Positions 8,695 to 17,188 are shown, counted from the first letter of the stretch. The stretch is 64,000 nucleotides of DNA from Minisyncoccota bacterium (GCA_021734945.1 JAIPIA010000003.1:28895-92894); one strand, 5' to 3'. Notes: generated by a model not told the origin, from the sequence alone. A program made the numbers and translations.

Positions 8695-9429
8695 ATGGCA
8701 GATATACAGAATATTAAAATTGAACCAACTTGGAAAAGAGTCTTGCACAAAGAATTTGATAAAGACTACTTTCAGAATCTGTCTGCTTTTGTGAAAAAAG
8801 AGTATCAAAATGTTATCTCAAAGGGACAGGATTTTGCTGTATACCCAAAGTCTGATGAAATATTTCGAGCATTTGAAATGTGTCCGTTTGATAAGGTCAA
8901 AGTAGTAATCATTGGACAAGACCCTTATCATGGGACTACGCGGACTAGTGACGGAAAAAAAATTGGCCAAGCCAATGGTCTTTGCTTCGCAGTTGAATCT
9001 GGTGCAAATCCTCCGCCATCACTTAAAAATATCTTCAAGGAAATACAATCAGACATCGGACAAAGTGCTTGCACTAGTAACCTCAATTGCGATTTATCTC
9101 ATTGGGCAAAACAAGGTGTTCTCCTACTAAACTCAACTTTGACAGTGCAAGCAGGATTACCAGGGTCTCACCAAAAGAAAGGTTGGGAAGAATTTACAGA
9201 TGCGGTCATATACGAGTTATCCAATCGACGAGAGCATATTGTTTTTCTTTTATGGGGAAATTATGCAAAACAAAAAGGAGCACATATAGATAGGACTAAG
9301 CATCTCATACTTGAAACCACACACCCATCTCCATTCTCAGTACACAATGGCTTTTTTGGATGTAAGCATTTTAGCAAAACTAATACATATTTGCGTGAGC
9401 GTGGACTTGAAGAAATCGATTGGAGGTAA
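8695..9429 (+). CDS. ung: Uracil-DNA glycosylase, family 1.
   Basis: - GQDPYHG water-activating loop.
- HPSPFS...GFFGCKHFS motif.
- N-terminus aligned from MADIQ.
- About 15-aa insertion (TTRTSDGKKIGQANG) after the GQDPYH motif, relative to E. coli Ung. Confidence 0.8.
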   Translation: MADIQNIKIEPTWKRVLHKEFDKDYFQNLSAFVKKEYQNVISKGQDFAVYPKSDEIFRAFEMCPFDKVKVVIIGQDPYHGTTRTSDGKKIGQANGLCFAVESGANPPPSLKNIFKEIQSDIGQSACTSNLNCDLSHWAKQGVLLLNSTLTVQAGLPGSHQKKGWEEFTDAVIYELSNRREHIVFLLWGNYAKQKGAHIDRTKHLILETTHPSPFSVHNGFFGCKHFSKTNTYLRERGLEEIDWR

Positions 9430-9466
9430 CGAGAAATAATATAAACCTGTCGTGATTCGAGTAAGA

Positions 9467-10000
9467 CTACTTATTCAAATAATACTTCCACAAAGATTTC
9501 ATATCAGAGCGACTCAGCGTATCAAGTACTTCTGATTTTGGAATCCAGTTAAACTGGGCAATAGCAAGTTCTTCTTCTGAAACTGTATCTTGTTCTAAAT
9601 CAGTGAGCTCGGCATAGACGAGGTGATAATGAGCGAGGCGATTCACTTTTTTCACGATGTGAAAAAATAATCCATGAGAAACATAGTCGAGTGGTTTTAT
9701 TAATCCAATATTTTTAAAACCTGTTTCCTCATGTATTTCTTTTTGAACTGTCTGCTCAAGCGTATCCCCTTCTTCTATTCCTCCTGTCAAAAAACCATTC
9801 CAATTGTTTTTCCACTGTGCAATAAGATACAAATCATCAGTTGGATGTTTGATAATCACAGCGATAGGATCACGCTCTACTATAGGTAAGCCTTCTTGGT
9901 ATGTATCTGCTCCACCACTCATGTTTATATCTATATCAGGATATTGAGCTTTGAGGTCTTCGGTTGTTGAGTTCTGATTTGAATTTGATGGATTCATGAT
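9467..10000 (-). CDS. Nudix hydrolase.
   Basis: The Nudix box is GGIEEGDTLEQTVQKEIHEETGF. I chose the MNPSNSNQ start to avoid overlap with the preceding Nudix gene. The N-terminus is low-complexity. Confidence 0.75.
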   Translation of the reverse strand: MMNPSNSNQNSTTEDLKAQYPDIDINMSGGADTYQEGLPIVERDPIAVIIKHPTDDLYLIAQWKNNWNGFLTGGIEEGDTLEQTVQKEIHEETGFKNIGLIKPLDYVSHGLFFHIVKKVNRLAHYHLVYAELTDLEQDTVSEEELAIAQFNWIPKSEVLDTLSRSDMKSLWKYYLNK

Positions 10001-10010
10001 GGATTCATTA

Positions 10011-10430
10011 TTATTTGATAGTACTAAAATAAATATTTTCTTTATCTTTACACCATTGGATAATTCTATCCAAAAATTCTTTCGGGTAAAAAATAATTTC
10101 ACCTAACTTTTCAATATCAACCCATTCAAAATCAATATGTGACTCTTTCGAGATGATACCAGCTGAATCTGGATCAAGATCTACAGTATAGAGCATATTA
10201 TATTCATGATGAATTGGGTCTCCCCATTTATTCTCAAAAACTCCTATGAAATTTATATTTTTAATCCTTACCCCACACTCTTCCATCATCTCTCGTTTTA
10301 ATGCGACTTCTGCATTTTCACCGAACTCAACATGACCGCCCGGCAGATAATAGTGACCTGCTTTAATTGCTTTACAGAAAAGGAGTTTATTATCTTTGAG
10401 GATAAATGCCCTCGAAATTATTTCAATCAT
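10011..10430 (-). CDS. Nudix hydrolase (MutT-like).
   Basis: The Nudix box is LPGGHVEFGENAEVALKREMMEECGV. Confidence 0.8.
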   Translation of the reverse strand: MIEIISRAFILKDNKLLFCKAIKAGHYYLPGGHVEFGENAEVALKREMMEECGVRIKNINFIGVFENKWGDPIHHEYNMLYTVDLDPDSAGIISKESHIDFEWVDIEKLGEIIFYPKEFLDRIIQWCKDKENIYFSTIK

Positions 10431-10481
10431 AGTAAGGCTATATTAGCATACTTTAAATTTGACTTGAACTGCCTTCGTTTT

Positions 10482-11411
10482 TCAGTTTTTCTCTTTAAAC
10501 AGTCTTCTCCTCCCCTTTCCAGCCTCAAGGTTTGTATATTTACGGAACTCACATCCTATACCTTCCCAATTCTCTGCAGATAATATTATTGGCTTGTTAT
10601 CAAAAGTTAGGTATGCACTCATATTTAAGTTAGCAAGATTTTGGACAAGTATTGTTGGGTCTGTCTCAGCTTCAATTCTTTTCATAGTAGGTAAGGAACC
10701 TGGACCTACTGGAAAACGTTTGTATAGATCTATGTATTGAGGATATTGATATGCCACATCTATCAGAACCTCTGTCCAAAGAAATGATAAATTATATCCG
10801 AATATTGGAATGATTTTTTGTAGACCATCATAGACTGATTTTTTATCCCAACTTTCTATCTCCCTTGATACTCTTTTTATAATAGTAGGTAAATATTCAG
10901 CAATAAAAGTTTCCCTTGTTGGCGTTTTACTTTTCAATATAGTACTAATTGGAAATACATATGGAGTTCCAAAACGTGGACGAGGTGAATTCAAAAATGC
11001 ATCTAAAAACTCTCTATTCTTTTGGCTATCAAATGAGAGTAATCCAACTTTTTCTATAGTTTCTGTACGAGCAACCATACGAAAATAGAACATATTCAAA
11101 ATCCAACGAGGAAAATCTTCTCGCATGGGATTGAGTAATGTATGAAATTCTATTGTTTGTCTATCAAGCTCTCGAAATATGTTACAAAATCTATACTGTG
11201 CAAAAATAGGATCGGTGGTGTACTGCACAGTGGCGCCACCATTTTTTTTGTTCCATATAGACATCCGATCATGTGCAAACTCCACCATTTCTTTAATTGT
11301 CTTATTGCTTTGATACTTTCTAAGGTCTTCTACTTTGTGTGGTCTACTAGAGTCATGTATATGGAATCTCCAATGACGATATAGTTTTATTAATTTCTGA
11401 GGAAGTTCCAT
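10482..11411 (-). CDS. Hypothetical protein with no family I could recognise. It sits in the Nudix/GNAT operon.
   Basis: 309-aa ORF with good coding character. It has a YRFCNIFRELDRQT block and is predicted mostly alpha-helical. It is flanked at 38-51 nt by GNAT and Nudix genes on the same strand. Confidence 0.5.
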   Translation of the reverse strand: MELPQKLIKLYRHWRFHIHDSSRPHKVEDLRKYQSNKTIKEMVEFAHDRMSIWNKKNGGATVQYTTDPIFAQYRFCNIFRELDRQTIEFHTLLNPMREDFPRWILNMFYFRMVARTETIEKVGLLSFDSQKNREFLDAFLNSPRPRFGTPYVFPISTILKSKTPTRETFIAEYLPTIIKRVSREIESWDKKSVYDGLQKIIPIFGYNLSFLWTEVLIDVAYQYPQYIDLYKRFPVGPGSLPTMKRIEAETDPTILVQNLANLNMSAYLTFDNKPIILSAENWEGIGCEFRKYTNLEAGKGRRRLFKEKN

Positions 11412-11449
11412 TGCTGGTATTTTAGCATGGGTAGAGAGACTTTTTTTAA

Positions 11450-11875
11450 CTAATCAATATTTAGAACATAATACTTCCACTCAGTATCGGCACTATATTT
11501 AGAATAAAATTTCTGTGCATCGGCATTATCTCTCGATGTTCTCCATTCTATCCTGCAGTATTTTTCTACTTTTGCGTATTCTATCACCCAATCAAAAAGA
11601 GTCTTGCCAACTCCTCTACCCCTCTCAGATGGCACCACATAAAACTCTTCCACATATAACGTACGTTTAGCTTGTGTAGTTGAAAAACTATCAAGCGTAA
11701 CAATAAGCGCAATCAATTCATCTTTATCAAAATATCCGAAAACAGAGTACGTGCATTTTTCGAAAGCACCCAGCAGTCTTTGCCTATGGTGTATATCAAA
11801 CTGTGTATCATTTGCCTCTTCAAGGAGCTTGAAAAATTGTAGAAAATCTCCTTTTTCAATCTTTTTAATGTTCAT
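11450..11875 (-). CDS. GNAT-family N-acetyltransferase.
   Basis: The acetyl-CoA-binding motif is RGRGVGKTLFDWVIEYA, with a GNAT-like fold pattern. Confidence 0.75.
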   Translation of the reverse strand: MNIKKIEKGDFLQFFKLLEEANDTQFDIHHRQRLLGAFEKCTYSVFGYFDKDELIALIVTLDSFSTTQAKRTLYVEEFYVVPSERGRGVGKTLFDWVIEYAKVEKYCRIEWRTSRDNADAQKFYSKYSADTEWKYYVLNID

Positions 11876-12033
11876 TTTAATTTTTTAAATCTAGACATAT
11901 TAAATTATAGTCTCGCTCCATAAATTTATGAAGACCTTTAAGGTCAAAGGGTTTATTATAGGATAATTGTATCAAAATAAAGAATATTATGTGTATTATA
12001 CGAATTTGAGAAACACAGACCTAATATGTATCA

Positions 12034-12441
12034 CTATCGCTTCTGCATTTTATAAAAAACATAACCCACTCCAATCTGCCACAGAATTACGACAACTGGT
12101 ACAATTAGCAAAGCATTGTTATTTTCAAAAATCGCCTGATTAAGAATTTCCCAAAGAAAAATGACCCAGAATATATGAAGTACCCCAAATACATATTCAT
12201 CTAAAGGATGATGGTCTACATAGACACCTGTTATCGTTTTGGGGTTAAAACGCCAAACCCAGACTTTGTCTGTCCTTCCGTGTTTTGTCGCCCACATGTC
12301 CCAAGCAATACCATAAATCACAATAATGAACGTGAACAATGATAACTTTAAAATATCAAGGCTTCCTTCAGAGGCAGAAAAAAGCACAATGACTGGTATA
12401 AAATAAATTGCAAAGAGTAATTTTAGATAAAGAAATTTCAT
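12034..12441 (-). CDS. Lycopene cyclase domain-containing membrane protein (CrtYc/Yd-like small subunit).
   Basis: About 135 aa with three or four TM helices. It has the characteristic acidic motif HHPLDEYVF. It is paired with an adjacent paralog, and their coding regions overlap by 4 nt. Confidence 0.45.
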   Translation of the reverse strand: MKFLYLKLLFAIYFIPVIVLFSASEGSLDILKLSLFTFIIVIYGIAWDMWATKHGRTDKVWVWRFNPKTITGVYVDHHPLDEYVFGVLHIFWVIFLWEILNQAIFENNNALLIVPVVVILWQIGVGYVFYKMQKR

Positions 12442-12854
12442 TGTTTTGTATGAGGTCTTTCGATTAATGGAAAAATAACAAAGGCGAGTATAAGCGTGCC
12501 TATTAAAATCACACCCAAGCCACCATTACTAATATTTACACTTTTTACATATTCCCAAAGAGCTATAGGAAGAGGAACCCACACTAGTGGAAATAAAAAT
12601 TCTTCTATAGGCAGGTTTGATATTTTTAAACCGAGAATATCATTACTGTTAAAATCCCATATCCATTTTCTAGAACTAGTACCCGACCCCTTTGTTGTTC
12701 CAAAATCAGTTGTCATAATGAATAAGCCTGAAACAACTGCAATGACGAAAGACAGCACTATTTTTTGCATCGGCATCTGACTCAAAAAGTATATCTCCGG
12801 CAATATAGCCAAGATAGTGAGACTGATGATATATCTGAAATGATGGTTTTTCAT
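12438..12854 (-). CDS. Lycopene cyclase domain-containing membrane protein (second subunit-like paralog).
   Basis: About 138 aa. The NLPIEEFLFPLVW motif corresponds to the PxEE(x)LF motif of the lycopene cyclase domain family. Confidence 0.45.
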   Translation of the reverse strand: MKNHHFRYIISLTILAILPEIYFLSQMPMQKIVLSFVIAVVSGLFIMTTDFGTTKGSGTSSRKWIWDFNSNDILGLKISNLPIEEFLFPLVWVPLPIALWEYVKSVNISNGGLGVILIGTLILAFVIFPLIERPHTKQ

Positions 12855-13161
12855 ATTGTTATATTAAATATAACATTGTGGATTGAGAGGAACAATAACT
12901 ATGAATTAAAAGATTTACCTTAACTAAGTTTCCTATTCAAACACAGCATCAATTATCCCTTCGACCCCACCTCCTTTGGTCTGGTTCGCTGACCAAAATC
13001 GTATCAGTCTACATCAGAACTTCAGTCCAGCTTTCTCATTCACGACTCATTACGCTCATTCTCAAAAATATGGGAGAATCTTTTCGAATCCCCCAAAGCC
13101 CTGCTTTCACCAACATGTGACGCTCGGATATTAGCTACGCCAATATCCTACGCCGTCACTG

Positions 13162-13248
13162 CGGAGAGAGGGGGATTCGAACCCCCGAGAGGATTGCTCC
13201 CCTGCTACCTTTCCAAGGTAGTACATTCGACCGCTCTGCCATCTCTCC
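13162..13248 (-). tRNA. tRNA-Ser (anticodon GGA).
   Basis: The RC sequence is GGAGAGATGGCAGAGCGGTCGAATGTA-CTACC-TTGGAAA-GGTAG-[long variable arm CAGGGGAGCAATCCTCTCG]-GGGGTTCGAATCCCCC-TCTCTCC-G. It has a 7-bp acceptor stem and a long variable arm, and the anticodon loop reads GGA. CCA is not encoded. Confidence 0.85.
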
Positions 13249-13256
13249 ATATATTT

Positions 13257-13646
13257 TTATATTACACCATGTAACAGCACTATCATTATTAAAGCAATAG
13301 ATACCGCAATATGCCATAGTCCATGCCAAAAATCATCTCTTGTTTTATCTTCTTCACGGTATCTAATAAATAATGCACAACTAATAACTACCATTAACGC
13401 CATGCTATTCAAGTATGAAAATGAACTTGTAGCAAGTAGGAATAGTGATTGCAAAATAACAATATAAGAAATTCCTGAATCTATTACACTCCAGAATCTA
13501 TTTTTATAAATATGAAATAAAGTACTTGATACAAATAATAATATAAAAAGGAGTGCTGTGACATACATCCCTAACAAAAAGGAAAAGTAAATTGGCGCAA
13601 AATAGAAGAAATTACTTAATACTGAAAATTTATTTATATGTTTCAT
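13257..13646 (-). CDS. Small polytopic membrane protein with a C-terminal WHGLWH histidine motif.
   Basis: 129 aa with four predicted TM helices. It contains REEDKTRDDFWHGLWHIAVS. Membership of the alkaline ceramidase/PAQR-like hydrolase superfamily is only a guess. Confidence 0.35.
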   Translation of the reverse strand: MKHINKFSVLSNFFYFAPIYFSFLLGMYVTALLFILLFVSSTLFHIYKNRFWSVIDSGISYIVILQSLFLLATSSFSYLNSMALMVVISCALFIRYREEDKTRDDFWHGLWHIAVSIALIMIVLLHGVI

Positions 13647-13681
13647 TATTTTACAAAACTAACGCTTACCTACGATCACAT

Positions 13682-14731
13682 TTACCACCCTCCACTTGAT
13701 CCACCACCCCCAGAGCTTCCTCCACTGAAACCACTGAAGCCTCCACCACCTCCGTGACTACCGAATCCCCCACCACCATAAAACCAACCTCCGAAACCTC
13801 CACCCCCTGGACCTCCTTTTTTATAATTTTTAGAAACAATATAGTCGAAAATTAATCCAACAGCTGCATACCCAATAACATACACTAAGATAAATAATCC
13901 AGCACTAAATATTAGACCAAGAATAACACCTACTCCCCCTCCGAGAATTCCTCCAAACCACCAAGATTTTGAACGTCCGAGAATTGATCCTAGAATTGGA
14001 AAAATAAATCCAAAAAGGAAAAACAGGAATGTGAAAAAATTATCTGATGAAGAAAAAATTGTAGCTAAGAAGCCACGATTTAAACTAGAAGAGCTACCCG
14101 TCTGGGCAGCGTCAAGTCTTGAAGTATCGCCGTTGAGTAATCCAATGATTGTTTTGGTTGCATCAGTAATACCCGCACCATAATTTCCAGCGCGAAATGC
14201 TGGCTTCATTATGTTATTGATAATCTGCGAGCTCTGGAGATCTGTGAGAGAACCCTCAAGACCATATCCGACCTCAATACGAATCTTTTTTTCATCTACG
14301 GCCACAAGAATAAGTACTCCATTATTTTTTTCTTTTTGACCTATTCCCCATCCACGGAAAAGATTGTTTGCAAAATTTTCAACAGAGTCGCCATCGAGAG
14401 TTTTAATAGTTACAATAGCAATTTCATCTGAGTGTATACTTGTGCCATTTGAACCACTATTATTAGTATGTATCAGATTCTCCAAATCTGCTTTTTCTTG
14501 AGGATTCAATATACCTGCAAAATCACTCACATACCCTGTTGGTTTTATCTTAATCAACTGTGCAGAGGTTTCAGCTTCCACTCTTTGAACTCCACCGTTT
14601 AAACTTACAGGAAGCACTGGTGTAGCTAATACAAGCACCGATAAAACACCAATAGCACACATATATTGTGTGCTTATTGTTAGAATTTTTCTCAGAGAAA
14701 AAGTAGGTGCCATATTATTTTTTGTAACCAA
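13682..14731 (-). CDS. TPM-domain (TLP18.3/Psb32/MOLO-1) protein with a TM segment and a Gly-rich C-terminal tail.
   Basis: The TPM domain reads YVSDFAGILNPQEKADLENLI...GVLILVAVDEKKIRIEVGYGLEG. The tail is rich in GGGG/GFGG and ends in W. Confidence 0.7.
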   Translation of the reverse strand: MVTKNNMAPTFSLRKILTISTQYMCAIGVLSVLVLATPVLPVSLNGGVQRVEAETSAQLIKIKPTGYVSDFAGILNPQEKADLENLIHTNNSGSNGTSIHSDEIAIVTIKTLDGDSVENFANNLFRGWGIGQKEKNNGVLILVAVDEKKIRIEVGYGLEGSLTDLQSSQIINNIMKPAFRAGNYGAGITDATKTIIGLLNGDTSRLDAAQTGSSSSLNRGFLATIFSSSDNFFTFLFFLFGFIFPILGSILGRSKSWWFGGILGGGVGVILGLIFSAGLFILVYVIGYAAVGLIFDYIVSKNYKKGGPGGGGFGGWFYGGGGFGSHGGGGGFSGFSGGSSGGGGSSGGW

Positions 14732-14774
14732 TTTGTACTACCAAACCAATAACTGTCTATACCCGAATACAACC

Positions 14775-15336
14775 TTAGTTAGTTAAATCAACTTTTGGAT
14801 TTACCTGAGCTTCAGCAGTTACTTCAAAATACGCATGTTCAGCAAAACCAAACATACCTGCTATAAGTGATCGTGGGAAGAGCTTAATACTCTGATTGTA
14901 TCCAAGAATAGTATCGTTATATGACTTTCGCTCTACACTGATTCGGTTTTCAGTTCCTTCGAGCTGCACCATAAGACTCTGTACATTCTCAGAAGATTTG
15001 AGAGTTGGATAATTTTCTACAACAGCCAAAAGTCGTCCGAGTGAACTTTCAACTTGACCTGCTGCTTTAGCTTTTGCATCATCTGTAACTGCTCCCGAAT
15101 ACTTAGTTCGTGCATCTGCAAGTGCTGTGAAAATTTCTTTCTCCTGGTTCATAACCCCTTTTACAGAAGAAACAAGATTTGGAATAAGATCAAAACGTCG
15201 CTGATACTGGTTTTCAACCTGAGCCCACTGACCTTTGATAGATTCGTTCTGTCGAACGAGTGAGTTATATGTACCTCCTACATAGAGAGCGATAAGTACA
15301 ACTATTGCACCAACGATTATAAGTGTTTTTTTCATG
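14775..15336 (-). CDS. LemA-family membrane protein.
   Basis: The N-terminus reads MKKTLIIVGAIVVLIALYVGGTYNSLVRQNESIKGQWAQVENQYQRRFDLIPNLV. I used the ATG at 15336 as the start, not the TTG at 15362. LemA/TPM is a classic adjacent pair. Confidence 0.75.
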
Positions 15337-15491
15337 CGATTTAGCGAAATCGTGTCGCGCAATGTCCGAACCTGATGGTTCGTGTCGAATCTTTTCCCTT
15401 TGAGATTCGACCTGCGCGTCCGTTTTCTTTTATATAATTAAATATTATTTATAAAGGTGTACTTAAACTTAATATAGTATACACTTTTGCT

Positions 15492-16694
15492 ATGCGAAGA
15501 TTATATCATATTACTAGGTGGAATTTTATTGGAATACTGGGAATTGTCAGCACTGTCATTATTGTGGTGTTTATGATTATTATCAATAAAAGCAACATCT
15601 ATATTGATACAAATTCAAATTTTGCAAATACAGCTGAGTTTAATCAAAAACTTGAAGTACAAAAACCTAAAAATATTAAAATCCTCGTACTCGGCGACAT
15701 GATGTTTGACAGAGGTGTGAGATCAAAAATAAATACATCAGGGTTTGCAGAAATATTCGGGCCAGCGACTACTACTTTTGCAGAATATGATTTAGTGGTT
15801 GCCAACCTTGAAGGACCTATTTCTACTTACAAATCTAAAACTATTTTGGATACCAACAAATCAATTCCTGGTTTCCAATTTACTTTTGCAACAGGCACAG
15901 CAAAAGCCCTCAAAGACGCAGGTATAGATATAGTGAGTCTAGCGAACAATCACACTGACAACTTCGGACAAAGTGGCTTACAACAAACTCGACAACTACT
16001 CGATGAAGCTGGCGTTAAATACTTTGGAAGTCCACAAAATATTGACCAAAATAATTCTGGGATTTCTACATCTACGTGTTTGCAAGCGCGAAATCTCGGC
16101 ACTCAAGATGGTGTGACGAATGCAAACAATATTTGCGTTGGTTTTATAGGCTGGCACGAATTTGGATCAAAAAACCATCAAGAGATTCTAAAGGAAATCG
16201 CGCGGTTGCGTCCTTTAGTTGATTATCTCGTAGTCTTTCCACATTGGGGTGAAGAATACAAAAAGACGCCTCACATAGAACAGGTCAGGCTTGCTCGAGT
16301 CTGGACTGATGCTGGAGCAGATGCAGTTATTGGTGCACACCCACACGTCATACAACAGATTACAAGACGTACTACTGCAGATGGACGAATTGTACCCATC
16401 TTTTATTCACTGGGTAATTTTATCTTCGATCAATATTTTTCTTTTGATACGACACACGGAATTGGTGTTGAAATAGAGTTTCCAATACCAACTGTTGCTA
16501 ATTCTAAGGACAGTACAACATCGACAATTTCTACCTCATCACGCGGAGTTGCACAATCTGCTACATACAAAATAATTAATTTTTCAAGTGTAGGTTCAAA
16601 AGTAAGTATTCCAGATGCATCATCTACAGACCGGATGATTAAAGACATTGAAACAGTTTCAGGTAAAAGTGTTTGGAGTTGGTTGAAGAGATAG
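15492..16694 (+). CDS. CapA-family (poly-gamma-glutamate synthesis, PGA_cap) metallophosphatase-like protein.
   Basis: N-terminal TM segment, then ILVLGDMMFDRGV, and the metallophosphoesterase motifs GAHPHVIQ and GNFIFDQ. Confidence 0.65.
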   Translation: MRRLYHITRWNFIGILGIVSTVIIVVFMIIINKSNIYIDTNSNFANTAEFNQKLEVQKPKNIKILVLGDMMFDRGVRSKINTSGFAEIFGPATTTFAEYDLVVANLEGPISTYKSKTILDTNKSIPGFQFTFATGTAKALKDAGIDIVSLANNHTDNFGQSGLQQTRQLLDEAGVKYFGSPQNIDQNNSGISTSTCLQARNLGTQDGVTNANNICVGFIGWHEFGSKNHQEILKEIARLRPLVDYLVVFPHWGEEYKKTPHIEQVRLARVWTDAGADAVIGAHPHVIQQITRRTTADGRIVPIFYSLGNFIFDQYFSFDTTHGIGVEIEFPIPTVANSKDSTTSTISTSSRGVAQSATYKIINFSSVGSKVSIPDASSTDRMIKDIETVSGKSVWSWLKR

Positions 16695-16724
16695 ATATAG
16701 AAACGTTTAACACGAGAAGTAAAA

Positions 16725-16760
16725 AAAACCTGCAGCAGTGACGCCGCAGGTTTGGATCCA
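16725..16760 (-). terminator. Rho-independent terminator, strong on the minus strand.
   Basis: On the minus strand it reads CCTGCGGCGTC-CACTG-CTGCAGG followed by TTTTTTTT. On the plus strand only TTT follows the hairpin. Confidence 0.6.
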
Positions 16761-16790
16761 CTTATAGTGGACACTTTTTTTGAGAAATCG

Positions 16791-17132
16791 CTAGATAGCA
16801 ACTTCGTAAGGACCTTTCTCCCAGGATCCGCGGTAGCTCGACGACCTTTGGATAACCAGTGGTAAAATTGATTTACCTCTTGATATTTTCCTTGGTGACT
16901 GCCAAACACATAGTACATTTTGAGAGGTCTCGAGAGACAGATGAAATCTGCGTCTTTGACTTCCTAGGGCGATTTTACGAACCCACTGTTCAGCTTTAAA
17001 TTCTGAATCCAAGTTGATAACTGTCCCTTCATGGAACAGGAGCATGGCTTGCTGTCTTGGAGCGTTTGTCCTGATCCGCGTGATCGAGAAAACTTTCAAT
17101 TTGAATTGACACTGTTCGAGTTGGTTGGACAT
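16791..17132 (-). CDS. Orphan 113-aa basic ORF in a GC-rich island. It may instead be an ncRNA.
   Basis: A GGAGGA Shine-Dalgarno sits 10 nt upstream of the ATG at 17132. The putative promoter and terminator fall on the flanking bidirectional/terminator hairpins. Local GC is about 47-53% against a genome GC of about 37%. There is no recognisable family, and the protein is Arg-rich. Confidence 0.25.
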   Translation of the reverse strand: MSNQLEQCQFKLKVFSITRIRTNAPRQQAMLLFHEGTVINLDSEFKAEQWVRKIALGSQRRRFHLSLETSQNVLCVWQSPRKISRGKSILPLVIQRSSSYRGSWEKGPYEVAI

Positions 17133-17158
17133 CGAATCTTGTTCCTCCGAGGCTTCCT

Positions 17159-17188
17159 TTATAACACCACGTCATAAAATTGCCAGTC
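17159..17188 (-). promoter_or_regulatory. Putative promoter of the orphan minus-strand unit.
   Basis: On the minus strand: CTGGCA, a 17-nt spacer, then TGT-TATAAA (extended -10). It overlaps the pheT terminator hairpin. Confidence 0.3.

Noticed and set aside
8674-8750. Overlap of 77 nt between divergent ogt (ORF-track start 8750) and ung (ORF-track start 8674).
   Set aside because: It is more parsimonious that both genes start at internal Met codons: MQKSHKK for ogt, and MADIQ for ung, which aligns with the E. coli Ung N-terminus. That removes the overlap.
13084-13097. TTCGAATCCCCC as a duplicated tRNA 3' fragment marking an integrated element (att site).
   Set aside because: The tRNA-Ser T-arm is almost palindromic, so a 12-nt match on the opposite strand is weak evidence. 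No integrase or other mobile genes are nearby.
16430-16918. 162-aa minus-strand ORF overlapping the capA 3' end and the terminator.
   Set aside because: It runs across a strong terminator hairpin and overlaps a well-supported plus-strand gene. It is spurious.
16721-17160. tmRNA, SRP or 6S RNA identity for the GC-rich orphan unit.
   Set aside because: By eye I found no tRNA-like acceptor/T-arm pair, no ...ACCA 3' end, no tag-peptide reading frame ending in AA-stop, and no SRP domain-IV motif. I left it as an unclassified candidate.
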